Assembly (NCBI GenBank): GCA_051362555.1
Contig: CM120649.1
Location: 4,712,001 to 4,776,000 of the forward strand
Length of the DNA: 64,000 bases
Origin: Lingula anatina
Lineage: Eukaryota > Animalia > Brachiopoda
Reading direction: 5' to 3'
The notes beneath the pieces were generated by a model. That model was not told where the DNA came from, made no database searches, and was given only the letters and a program-made list of their open reading frames with translations. Shown here in pieces: positions 40,501 to 53,621 of this stretch. The translations under genes and the position numbers were made by a program. Positions within the stretch are counted from its first letter, which is position 1; every line of letters begins with the position of its first letter.

Positions 40501-42466
40501 AGTATCCATATGTCGGCAAATACTGCATAGAAGAATTTGAAATTTTGCATACAAGCGGTCGGTTTTGCAGTGCGTAAAATGAGTTAAGCAGCGTTTTACA
40601 AAACTGTTAAGCTGTGCCAGAATGGCGCGAAAAACACAGACATTGCCAGACAGATTATTGTGTCAAACGGAACGGTCTACACAGTTTTATAGAGTTATGC
40701 TCAGTTTGAGGCACTACACAGAGACCAAGCCCAATGCATCGACGTCTTACCACCAGGGTATAGGACTCACTGTCCTTCAGGATATGCTGCTGCAATTAAA
40801 CCAATACCACCCAGTCCGTTTTAAATGAGGGACAAATTGTCACCAAAACTTGTTTTTCAAGGCTCTTAGCGAACACCAAACTGATTTCAGCAGGTTAGGA
40901 TTCCAGGCGACCTCTGAGGAAGCCACTGTAAACAGCAAAGCAGCTTAGTCTGTTTCTCTAATGAATTGGGGACCATGACAGTTTCTGGGTAAAACACTGA
41001 AACCGCGTGGCTTCTTTATTGAGGCCATATTTAACCTGTACCGCTAAACTGGTCAAAACAGAGTTTACAGACATTCTGAAAAGGCCTTCGACGAAATGTG
41101 TGCCACTTATTAAGAGGCTAGGGTCATTGACAGTGTCAGTATTTGGAGTGGATACCACATTGGTGCCAAAACACCAATGGTAGTCATCGATGAAAACCTT
41201 AACCAGATCAAATAAAGAAATAATCTGGGAACCACTTGACTATTATTTGATAGGGGGCACCTTAGGAACAATTTTAGGTTGCAGGGCGAGGTTGCCGGTT
41301 CACACAGAGCACATTTAATAGCAGATAACTTACAGAACCAAGGGAATGAGTAGCTACCTTGGTCATCAAAATCGCCATATTTGAACCACATAGACAATAT
41401 GTGGGTAGGTCATTACTCGCCGAATCAACGGCCTGCATGTCCTACATCAAAACTGAGCCAAATTGGACAAGTTTTAACCGTATTCTGGAATTTTATTCCA
41501 GATTAAACTCTAAAAAGCCTATCATAAGAAATGCCTTGCGGCTTGAAAGCTCTGGTAGCAGCAAGATGAGGTCAAGCGTAACAGCGACTGTTGCTGTGAC
41601 TAGACACTGACATGGGGGGCCTTTGTGGGGCGTGTAACTCTTTTAAAGACAATAATTAGGAAAATATGGAGATCCAAAATATCGCTTTCAATGGTTGTCG
41701 TATGACTTAAAATAGGCAATGTATTTTTGTTTGCTTCACTGACGAATTCAATTAATAAACTGATGTCACAGTGACATCGAAGAGATTATCAAAAGTTATT
41801 AAAACACGATTTTAATCCTTATTTTCATTTATCAGTCAGCAAAATAGGAAAAAAACTGATGAATTATGTTTTGGAAAAAATATTCCATATTAAATGTCAA
41901 GTCTGTATGTACTACAGTTTTATTCCTAGTCGATCTCTTCTCAAACATTGAATATACATGTACGTTTACAGCATTTTTCTCAGTGAGAAAAAGACACTCC
42001 TTCAAAGATTATGTTTCTTAAATTTTATTTTCTGTTGATGAATTTTTATTTTACTCCACAATCATTATCAATCAAATTATAATCACTCTTAAGATAAACC
42101 AAAATGGTCAAAATTTAGGTGAGTGACAAAAGTTACAAAAATATTTTTGGTTGTTATGGCATGCACTGACGCAAAAATCTATTACCGATGCATATGTTTC
42201 TATACAGATTTCGTCAGAACATAAAAATTCCAATTTACTTTTTTGATTTTGTCTACTTTTCACCCTTAAATACAAGTCTTATCAAATAAAACCCTGGCAT
42301 ATGGCTGATTTACAGTATTTAACCCCACGTCCATGTCAGTACTAAAAGTACAGTAAAAAGGTTGAAACTGAACCGAAACTAAGAGATCAACGCCTCTCCT
42401 CTTACCTGATAAAGCAGCAGACTCACGGAGAAAGACAATCGCTAAAACACCGAAAAAAAACAACAT
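37542..42466 (-). CDS. Secreted 238-aa protein: signal peptide + two defensin-like 6-Cys domains + Ser linker + M15/LAS (Hedgehog/DD-peptidase fold) zinc peptidase. Exons 42466-42406, 39400-39275, 39008-38868, 38327-38179, 37781-37542
   Basis: Five exons (61+126+141+149+240=717 nt) splice in frame with GT-AG sites (phases 1,1,1,0). Catalytic part: ...YLFSGDRPHQSNSRSH/HYFSRAADFWIEG...GGEHIHIG, giving SGxR, H-x6-D and HxH motifs. AATAAA on the minus strand at 37434-37429. Confidence 0.85.
40245..41905. mobile_element. TA-flanked TIR DNA element (1.66 kb) in intron 1 of the peptidase gene
   Basis: TIR CAGACTTGACATTTAATATGGAATATTT at 40245, with its reverse complement ending 41905; TA at 40243-40244 and 41906-41907; no intact transposase ORF. 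Confidence 0.85.
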
Positions 42467-45198
42467 GGTGTTCGCCGTCTAGGTTCTACCGCCTAACGCA
42501 AGGTGTAGAATGGCGCGGCGGTGACACGCTGGAGTTTTTAAAGACACGCTGCACAGCGCCCTCTGTTGACCCGTTACTTCAAATACTACCAATTCATTCA
42601 TTTTCTCTTGATACCATGACATCATGTTGTTCAATTTCACATACGCATACAAACACATGCACACACATACACACGCGCGCGAACACACACGCGAGCACGC
42701 ACACACAGGGCACATCCAATCGATTCCGAGTAACACTCTGATTTAAATAATCGATCAAGAAAATCGACATAATCCTTATCATTGCTATTCCCTTAATTTG
42801 TCTCTTTGTAATAAACGTTCATTGAAACGTACAGTAGACCGTAGGCTTTGTGTGTGATTGTTGTTTTTTCCATAGCATATTCCGGTTTATGACGATATCC
42901 ATCTCTTCCAAGAAGAGTTCACTTAAATAACTAAGTGTTCTATACAAAAAATAATGAATAAAACAGAAATGAAATAGCGCAAGGTGACTTGTTTTGAACT
43001 CGATACAATATGGAGAAAGATGCAACAGTATTGGGAGTTGTTTTAATAAGGTGTGCCGCGCTATGGAGGTAATTGTGTTTTTGTCACAGTTTGATCCTCC
43101 CTAGCACAATCATGTTCCCGCGGTCACCTTGCCTGTTGAAGTATTGTTATTCAAATTTGACGGACTCCGAGTGACAGGTACTCAGGAAGCCATGATGGAA
43201 GGCAAATATTTCGGCAGGGGGTGGAAACGCGCTTCTTATATGATTATGATGAGCCTGACCGTCAGCACAGGATATTAGTTTGTGACCTTGAGGGCAATTA
43301 GGCTTGGTCTTTGCGGCACGCGCAAACAGTAGTCGATCTACCACACCTGGGTCTTTTGTTTTTGACAACTGTTCACTCGTCAACGAGGTGCTTGTTCTAG
43401 ATTACAGACTGATATCTACTAACTACTACCAGTGGCTTCATTAGTAACGTTCCCACAATACATGGTTTTCTGTCTGTGCGTACATACCCTAAATTTGGTT
43501 AGCCTCACTGACGAGAACAATGGACGTTTCTTACCCCTCTCTAGGATTACCCCTGATTTCGGGACGTGGTGTTCTCGGGGATGAAACGTGGGTTATCCAC
43601 CGTCACCTGCTTGAGCTGTCCGCAATAGATTGTAAGTACACATTGTGCTTGCTTTAATTTTTGATGTAGCAAATACATATGAGCAAAATGTATAAGATGT
43701 AGAATTTCAAATATGTACACTTTCGCCAGGCTCTCCACGCAGTTTGTAATCTAAGCACCTACACTGCAAGGGGATATTTTGACAGTTCACCTGTGTCTTA
43801 GCTGAATTAGGAATGCCAAGTTGACTAGCATTTCGTCAATATTTATCGATATTTAGTCCTTATGAAGGATGAAGGAGTATATTTTGGTGCATACAAAATC
43901 GAGTAAATAACAGACACACTTTAGGTCTATACAGAATGGAGTTGTCAATGCATTGTCCTTTGCGCTGTTGAACGTGTCGAAGTGTGATTAAAATGTATAT
44001 CTCGGCGTATGAAGTTTAGAGTAAACAAGGGAAGCGTGATGTATTCACAACTTATGAAATGGAATGGTCGTTGCATTCCCTTTAGCACTGTCGAAGAAAT
44101 GGTATCTAATCTGTTTTGTGTATTTCTAGTTATCAGTGCAAAAGAGAGACGAAGAAGGGCTTTCTACGAAGAAATTACAGCAGTGCAAATCTGAGTATGT
44201 TGGACGAACGCATTGTGTAAATGGAATGAAACTGGAATGCAGCAGTTGTGAAACATTGATGTCACATTTTAACCACAATTTTGAAGATGTGTTAACTTAT
44301 TTATCGATACAAAACGGCTACGACATGTTTGAGAAAGTGTAATAATCTGAAACGTATGCAAGCCGTACATTCTTTCTCATTACCCTCCGATGGAATTTTC
44401 TGTAGTTTGTAGCAACCCCTGTGAGATTTGAGATGGTCAAGCTGTATATTTTGATGTAACTACCACGTCCCGGAAAAACTGTTACAGCAGCAATACTGTA
44501 CAAAAGAGATATTCACTTGTATTCAATTTTCTAACGATTTTCCAAAAATAGTATAGTTTGTGAGCATTAACATTTAGTATAGCTGTTGGATAAGATCTAA
44601 TTTTGTTACATGTAGAAGTTGCTTTGATCGAGGGATCGTTGTGGTGATATTGATGGCATAGACCTTAACAACCTATATTTATTTGAACGATGACCGTGGT
44701 CACTCGTAATTAACTTCACTTTCTTGAGCTCTCGTATCACGTACAGAGTTTATCATTCCTAGATGTGTTTAAATCACAATTATGAACACCAGTGTCGTTT
44801 TTACATTTTATATTTATAATATATTATCCATAGTTTGGAAGGGTGGACAGTTTTGTTGTGCCACACTGTTATTTGTAAATCGACTTTGTACTCCGTATGG
44901 AATCATGCTGTATACACATGTGCACATTACCATGAATGAAAGTAACATGTTTTAAGGAGGCTGAACTCAAAAACAGAAATTACATGGAGAAGGTAGTTAT
45001 TGCGGACCTTTTGTCTCTTTTACGCAAAGTTTACTAATAACACACCAACAGGGAGTAATGATATATCTTGACTCTCTTCGTTCCAAATGTGGCGCCAAAA
45101 TAAGACCTTATTGCTGACCTATTGAGTTTCCCAGTGTAACATATGTGACAGAGAGTCCCCCGTGGTTGAGAGTCCGCTTCCCATATAAGTTAATGGAA

Positions 45199-45372
45199 CA
45201 GGGGCAGATTTAGGCCGTCTTCTGGGTCTTCCGGAAGACGGTCAGATTTTTAAGTTTACATGTACATTGACGGGTATCTAATATTTTCTGTCGGAAGACG
45301 GTCAGAAATTGAGGACGAATTAACAGAGATAATTTGGAAGACTGTCAGAAAATATATCTGGATCCGCCCCTG
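45199..45372. mobile_element. Small CAGGGGC-terminated (hAT-like) MITE nested in another short element
   Basis: CAGGGGCAGATTT...GGATCCGCCCCTG, flanked by TGGAA on both sides; internal GGAAGACGGTCAGA repeats. Confidence 0.65.
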
Positions 45373-48010
45373 TGGAAGGCGGGCTTTCTGTTACACAGAT
45401 CCTCAGTTCGTAACACTTGTTTTGACGTGCATCAGGATGCTTACTCTATGAACGCATACTTTAATCGGGGCATCAAATAGCTCATAACCAGGGCATTATG
45501 TTGTGGTCACATTTTGGACGAAGTAAGCTAGATATTTAGTTAATCCGTGCATGTATTAATAATTTTAGTCTTAAAAAACTAAAATACCTGCCAAGATTAA
45601 CCTTCCTATAGTCAATGATATGGAATTTTGAATTTGACCTCTCGCAATTTTATGCTGTTACCTAGATATTGTGTGCAGTAGTTTGGGTGCTTTGTTGATA
45701 ACATGGAAATATAATTGATAAAGATAAATCTGATCAACTTTTGTAAGTTAATTTTTTCACTTTGGCAAACAAGTGTATAACGTTGTGAATAAAAATAATA
45801 CATTTGATTAAACTCATTTTGATCTTTCTCTCCCAATCTTTTATAATTGAGTCCAGATGTACAGTCTTGCCAAATGAGCCATTGTTCCAAAGGATTTCCC
45901 TTGGTTAAAATTAAAACTATACCTAATTATTACATACGAAAGTTCTCGGGGAATCGATCCCGTCACCTTCTGGTTCCAAGACATGCACGATGCCGGTTCG
46001 TCCATTCACCCTAACCAGCCTACTTACAATTTGGATGTTCCATTTATACTTATTGCTGAACATTCTTTTTTTTTCACAAAATGTAGCTCTCTGGGAATTG
46101 ATCCTGGCACCTTCTGGTCTCCAGTCTAGCACGTTACCGATTCGTCTATTCACCCAACCACCCACCCTAAATTTCAGATATTCCCTTTGTAGTTACTGCT
46201 CCATTTGTCTATGTAGGCTGCAGATAAAACGATGTACAAAAAAATCGAAACACTTATGAGAAGCGTGTTAGCCACCAGTTAAGCTTAATGTTTTAGTGCA
46301 GAGTCTGTTAGCTTTTTACTTGCCCAACCAAGAGATTCGGCGATTTTGATGTTGTATAATAAACGCAGCGCTGTAAAAATGGTCAAAAATTACCAGAACG
46401 CTCGAGGTGGTATTGGTTCGATACTGGAGATTATTCTCCAAAATTATAACTGCAAAAACGGACGTAGTTCACAGTTGCAACGACGGTTAATGAAATATAC
46501 GTGCATTCTTTCGTATATTGTCCGCACAGTACCTGTCACCAGCCTAATTACATAATCATTTTTTTGTCCTTTGTTAGCGTTCAGGAGCAAACTCAGTTCC
46601 CGATCAACACTTTCAACATTTTTAAATAATCTTTACATTAAATTGCATACATTTTTAGAAAAATGCGCATGATTTAAGTAAAATTTTATTTACGTTTAAT
46701 CACATGTTAATGAAATTATGCGCATGACTATAATGTACGCTCAACAAAAAGTATTTAAGCATGTGTTTAGCCTAATGAAAACATATAAACAACCAATCAC
46801 ATAAAACATAACGTTTATTTGAGAGAATAAGAATTCGGTTCAATGATAAACAATAAAAAACAAACTAAATACATGCAATTACGCGTTTTCACTTACACTC
46901 AAATTAGTCAACATTTTTACTTGCTCCTTCATAACACATACCGTAGCTGTCATGAATATATCACTTTTCATTAACAGTTCAATGTCAACAATGTATTAGG
47001 AGATGACGCGGTACGATGTCAGTCCCACTTGTCGCAACTAAAGTTATAGCTATATTCCACCGTGACTTAAAATCCATTATTCCCATACAACTAAATTGGA
47101 CCAAATAGCTACCGTCTCCCAGAGAATTTCTAGTCGTTACACAGGTATATGAAAGACGTATATACAATTCTGTAACGACTAGGCTACCTTTTGTAGAAAG
47201 TAGGAAAACTCCACGGGTTTTAAGAAATGTTCCTCACATGCTTGAAACGAGCATCAGATCCATCAGCGTCCACGTGGTAGTTTTCTCCTTACTAGTATTT
47301 CACCAAAAAGCACTTTGGTTAGTCCAAGTCCAAGTCAAATAGCATGATCATATGAATATCTTTGATAGGCACATTTTCCTCACAAGTAAAGAGTGTCAAT
47401 GTCCTCAGAAATATCACTCTCCTTTTCACCGCCCTTGCGGCCAGTCTCTCTACATGTGATATGCTACTTCTGACTGGTCATTTCTCTTGTCATCCGCCCT
47501 TGGTGTTACATAACGTCCGGTGCAGGCTACCCACTCAGATAGTCAGACCAGTGACCTATATAGAGATCTTTATATGGGTCAATGGTCAGACCAAAGACAA
47601 GCTGGTGTCAGTTTATATAAAAAAGTGAACATTTAAGTTGTGCCATTGACACACACATTTTGTGTAATATTTATATAAATGTTTTATATATATTTTTTTC
47701 CATTACGGTTGAGGTACTATAGTATAAAATGGCGGAAAGAATGGTCTTAAGTCAAAATCATGCAAGTATTACACAAAATATGAGCATCGCTGAATATAAG
47801 CATCACTAGCACAGCAAAGCAAATCATGAACATGAATATCAAACGTAGAGCACACGTTTTACCTCATAGGTCTCTTCAGATATGACCAATAGCTAAGTAC
47901 ATACTCATGTCAACTAAATTAATACCAGGTGTTTCGCCTAACACATGGCAAATATATATATTCTTTTTTTGTGTGTGATTCTCATAGTGTCATTAAAACG
48001 ACTTTTCCAG

Positions 48011-49299
48011 ATTGTTGGAAACCGTGTTGTCAGTTTAGCAGAAGCCGTTATGCACCAAAAGAGAAGTATGCTATCGATTGAAGAGTCCACAGACATCCTG
48101 AAGAGAAAACAGGAGGTAGCAAACCTTTGTAGTAAAATGGTCTAGAATTCGTTGGGCATATATTGCCACTTTGACAAAATCAGTGGTAAATATGTGTAAT
48201 TGTTATGATTTTTGAGACTAGTGAATGGATATGTGCTAAATGAAAATAATTTGGAATACATAATTTTTTTCAGTCAAGAGGATGAATTTTAAGATATTCA
48301 AAAGAACTTGATCAAAACTTACATCTAACATGCACTAACTAGTACTATGATCACTTTGTTAATTTTCCTCCACCACCCGTTCCAGACAATGAACGGACGC
48401 GTGTCATTTTTACAAAGTGACGTCAAAGAACACGACCAAAGGCTGAACGCGGTGGAGATAAAAAACGACATGCTAAACCAAACACAACAGGTAATGATCT
48501 CGGCTACTACGTATTAGTAATTAGTATACAAACTGAATATATAACTTGAAGTAATGAATATGAATATAACAATTGAAAAATAATTAATACATATAGCTTT
48601 TAATAATGAATATAATTGTATGAGTGATATATACATATATTAAATTACATAAGATTTACTAATCGTCCCATATTTAGCCCGTGGGAAAGTAAACAGCTTG
48701 GGTTTCTATATAGAATGCCTAGTTAATGATACAAAATATTATAAATTTCAAAAGAACAACTCCATTTTTAATTACTTCAATAACACTCCCAGCTGTTTAA
48801 GTTACTATATACTTTATGTACTCGGTATGTGTCTAATGGTTTTTATTCCCAGTTATTAGAATTATATCATCTACTTCAAAGTACAAGAACAATTTTTATA
48901 CCTAAAATTGGATTTTGTAGTAATGCAAGTAATATAATCTACTTCAAAATATGAGTACAGTAAATAATGAAACACGCATGTATTGTTATTTAAATTGTTG
49001 TAGTAATATACAATATAGTATTTGTCTTGGATAACAATATGTATAATCAGTAAATATAGCATTATATGCATAGTTATCTGCTCTAAAAAATACATACATA
49101 GCAATACACAATCTAACAATGAAGCCACTGAATATGTAAACATAACGTTTCCTATTAAATCTCTCTGTAGGTATATTGGCAACGCCTTCGCCTGGTAGAG
49201 GTCAACTCAGCGTCTCGGACGAAAGTTGAAAAGAGAATGATGCTTTTAATAGTTCACATAATGACCGCCATGGCAACACATTCCATGTACAGTCTGTGA
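48011..49299 (+). CDS. Coiled-coil exons 48011-48115 and 48386-48490, plus possible terminal exon 49171-49299; 3' part or paralog of the 34012 gene
   Basis: 105-nt phase-0 exons. TMNGRVSFLQSDVKEHDQRLNAVEIKNDMLNQTQQ aligns by eye with LMEHNVSILKHDVSGHFDRLDTLELTSENLQTTQQ (35476-35580). Confidence 0.65.
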
Positions 49300-52200
49300 T
49301 ACTACAATGGAACCAAAAAGTGCTAATGCTTACAGAAAGAATGATCTGAAACAATTCAGTTATCACTTGGACCCAGTTTTATCAACCCTGGATAGCGCTA
49401 TCCTATGGATGAGGTTGTTATCTTCTGGGCAGTAAACCTGTGGGAAAGTAATTGTTCCCAAACATGGGGCATACTTTTGTGTCCCTGATATTGCTATCCA
49501 ATGGTTAAAAATGGAAACTTTACTCAGTATATCGCTCCTGAGGATTGCACTTTTAGTGAAAACGAAGATCGTTCGAGGGTATTTCGTTTTTGTACTGATT
49601 TATAAACCAAATAACATATTATGAGATAAATGACTGATTTGCCGAGCTGACGCATTGCATGACAGTACCTTTTTATTGGTTATGGCGCTAAATAAAGGTA
49701 ACGAAGCTAGCTTTATACAGATGTATTTTCCAAATGCTAACAATAATAAATTGAACTGTCTCATCTATGTATATAGCCATTTACCCTGCATGAATAAGCA
49801 GCTTCCAATAAAAGTCTTCATTGGGGGCAGACTGTTTAAGTAGGTAATCCAAAGAAAATGTGGTATTACCTTTTCGGCAATAACTATCTGATTCAATAAA
49901 CGTGTGCATTAAAACGCAATGTGTTATCTCTATAAATTCACTCTGAAGAAACTTGTTTTGTTTTGAAAACATATTCCTTCGTTAAGAATCATTATGATAA
50001 ATTCACATAAATTAATTTCTATTCAGAAGCACCCATCGCTGTTACAGGGGTGGATTACTTTTTGTATTCAATAAATCGGCTTTGTTGCCGATTGGCCAAA
50101 GTTCGCTTTAGATTTTAAATTAGTACCAAACTTTGATCTTTTAACATCACGTGACTTATGTGACTCTGAAAAAAAAAACACATCAAAATCAAACATAAAA
50201 AACTTCAAAACATGATAGCGTATCCAAGACTGTATTCAGCCAAAAATAAACCCTAGCTTGCCAAATATTGATGGGCAATTAATTTAATTTTCCTCTTTAA
50301 TATGTCCTATTTCTACTATTTCTGAATTGTTGTAGGACTTGAAACCTCATAAAACACACCTAATGATATTCAATAAATTGAGAAAACATAACCTATTTTA
50401 ATCACTCGATCGTACATCAGGTACTCGTACCAATCAGGAACAAAGAGGCATTCAGTTAATCTGAAATGTGATTTTAGTAAAAGAACATTACTTTTTCTCT
50501 ACTTTGTAAAACACGATGCTAATTTTAATTTTATTCTCTGTCATTGTTCCCAACTTTTAAAAAATAGCTTTTGAAAATGAAAAGATTATGTGAAATCATA
50601 CGAATAGTAAGAAAATGCAAAGGAACGGAAATCATATTACACTGTAATTTACCTTTTTAAGACGTCCTTTTCACTACTATCAGGTAATGGCATGACATCA
50701 TGTGACCTCTCTTTTTCGAAACATGGCTCCTTGTATCTCTGGTCGTACATTCGAATGGATCTTATTACATGTCTCATTTCTGTCACTGCTTTTTCCCTGA
50801 GAGATACAACATGATTATGTTTCTTTGGATGACGGGTTCGTTCACACTTACAGGGAATTGAATTAAAACAAATAGTGTGTAGGAATGTTAAGCATCAACA
50901 ATATATTAGACTCTGAAAACACAGTATTTTAACAGCTCTTGGAAGGTAAATGAATGGGAATCGGACCAGTCATAAATGACTTTCTCATACATAGAGATTT
51001 GGTGCGGTGCCAGGGAGGGGGGAGCTTCAACAAAAACAAAAGTCAAAAATATCTTAATAGGAATGTGCTTGTTACTTCCGCCAGTTGTAAAGGAAGATCT
51101 CCTATCCTATGTCAACAAGTGCTTAACGGTCCTTCTTTCGCCCACCCTTCAATCAATAGCAGCTTCTTTCCCAGTAACCGTTACAGTTAACAGATTCACC
51201 CTAACCAGAAATTAAAATCTGTAGACACGAAGCAATACATGCAGGTACGTCGTGCCTTTAGTTTGCGTATAAAGGCACACATGTAAAGATCATTTCATTT
51301 TTCTTTTTGAACAATAAACGCGTCAAATTACAAATTCGGTTGTAGGGGCACGGTCTTTGTGAAAAAATAATATAGAAAAAAAGAAAAAAAAAGTAGCATT
51401 CCTAGCATTTAAGTCTGCGTACCGTCTTCAATGAATAGATAAGTTAACAATAATGTCATTATCCTTGGATTACAAACATAATTCATTTTTCCAACTTTGC
51501 TTTCAAATTATAAGATTGGTAGGCCCTACATGTAAATTTGCAAAGAAGCGGCCTGGTTGACAAGTGCCCCAGTGTCTTCCAACCTTAGCTGACTAACAAC
51601 GCGATTTAAGTTAGATTTAACTGAGATATAAATTACACACAAAAAGCCAGATACAATTTAAAACATATCAGCTATAGCCTAGCACGAATACAGATCACGC
51701 GATGCGATGTACGTCACGTCTAGAAAACCCACTGATGTATATTGCTGGGTTTGATTTTTACAATGCTTAATAATTATAAATCGGTGTCATCCTTCTCTAA
51801 TTTCAAGCTTACAGTGCTTTAGTGTTTCATGAAACATTTACATGTTTTCTTAATTCCATATACGCATCCTTTGATAACCCAATCCCCAGTAATCAATAGT
51901 TAGCAATACTACATGTATAAAAAAACAGATCAACATCTGGTCTTTTATCTGAGATCAGTAGACCTTTGTAATATACACGATTGAAAATTAGCAGTCGTTA
52001 TATTCATGAAGATAATATGTCTTTATCAGTACGAAATAAAATATGTATTTTGACTTTGACAGAAGAAGCAACATAATGCTTTTCAAGGTGCCGTACAGAA
52101 GTAGTTGTCTTACCCGTTATTGTATAACTTGTTCAATAGTTTTCTGCAGTATTTCTTCAAATGCGCCAAATATACAATTGGTGGCATAAATCCTAGAGAA

Positions 52201-52931
52201 AAGCACCACATTTATGTACATGATAATAAATAAGTCAAATTCGGTCATCTGGTAAATCATACTAAAGATAAAATGTAGCATAAAAGCAGTTATATAAAAT
52301 GCAAATTGCATGAACGAAGACGGTATTAAAAATAAAGGATTTTTTTACGGATAAATATCCTTCTAACTAAATGTATTTTAAAATATTAAAATAGATCTAG
52401 TGAAACTTTTGTCGTATCTTCTGTTGACGACAAAGAGAACAGAGCCTAATTTTTTAAAACTTTCCATCGTTATGCCATCTTGTTAAATCGTGTCATCGTG
52501 GTTTTTACTCCGTATGGCCGTCCCTGCCATCAGACATCTTTGCCTCACGAAGACTCGATTGCCGCGGGAAGGCAAAACGTGACCTCGCAATGCTGCTCTG
52601 CAACCTTTATATTTTACAAGTAGACTAACAGATGTCGGTAAGTGCTTTGGTTATATCTTGTGACTTTCCTTACGCACCGTACTTGTCTCTAAGGTTGATG
52701 TCACGCTGTCCTGTATTTGACAGCAGAGGACAATATAACCGAGCTTGGCCAACAACCATGCAAAGCAAACCATGCAAAGCAAGTATGATGCCTATATATA
52801 AAAAATATTATAAGTTATTACCCAAACCACACACGGAGGTGACAAGAGTATATCAATTTTATGGCACTTTATACCCACAGGAAATATGAACACCTGTAAA
52901 GATACATGGTTCTCTTCTGCACAGGTGCTGA

Positions 52932-53621
52932 GGGGCCGGTTTCACAAAGTAGTAGTTAGTTAGCGATCGGTAGTTAGCCTCTCGCTAGTTATAGTGCCGT
53001 TTCACGAAGCAGTCGCTAGTTCTCTCGCTCGTTATTGTCTCGTTGTTACCTTGGATATTTAACGACTGGTCAGACCAGTCGCTAACTCTAGAGTTTCATC
53101 GTACGCATGCGTAATGAGTGAAATAATAAGGTTGCTTAGTTACCGTTGTCTGTCGTTTGTCTTTGTATCCAATATGGCGGCTACCTTTCTTGCTAACCGT
53201 ACCGCCAGACGGCAACGTAGACTACGACGTTTTCATGAAAGGCAGAATCTATTTAGAATATACACACGATGATGCAATTTACGAGAGGTTGCGCCTAGCT
53301 GTGACAAAAAGAGCGACAAAAAGGTGGTGGAGATCCTTTACGACGACCTCAAAGCAGACGTTCTTATGCATTTCCAACCACTAAAAATTGGAGAGTAAGT
53401 GCTTTCGTGACACTTTTACGCAAAAGTTCCACTTCCGGCAGACGGTTTCGAGACTACGGTGAGTAACGAGAGAACTAGCGACCGAACTTTACGACTGAAC
53501 TTAGCGATAAGTTAACTACTGCTTCGTGAAACACCCCTCGAAAATCGCTAAGTTTGCTCGTTAGCGAGGTAGTTCAGTAGTTAGTTGTTCTAACTAACTA
53601 CTGCTTTGTGAAACCGGCCCC
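52932..53621 (+). mobile_element. Internally deleted Harbinger transposon (690 bp)
   Basis: TIR GGGGCCGGTTTCACAAAG(T/C)AGTAGTTAGTTAG; flanks TGA/TGG. From 53174, MAATFLANRTARRQRRLRRFHERQNLF / DDAIYERLRL resembles a frameshifted Harbinger transposase N-terminus. Confidence 0.8.

Noticed and set aside
49300-52900. Short ORFs in AT-rich intergenic DNA
   Set aside because: No motifs or consistent splice pattern
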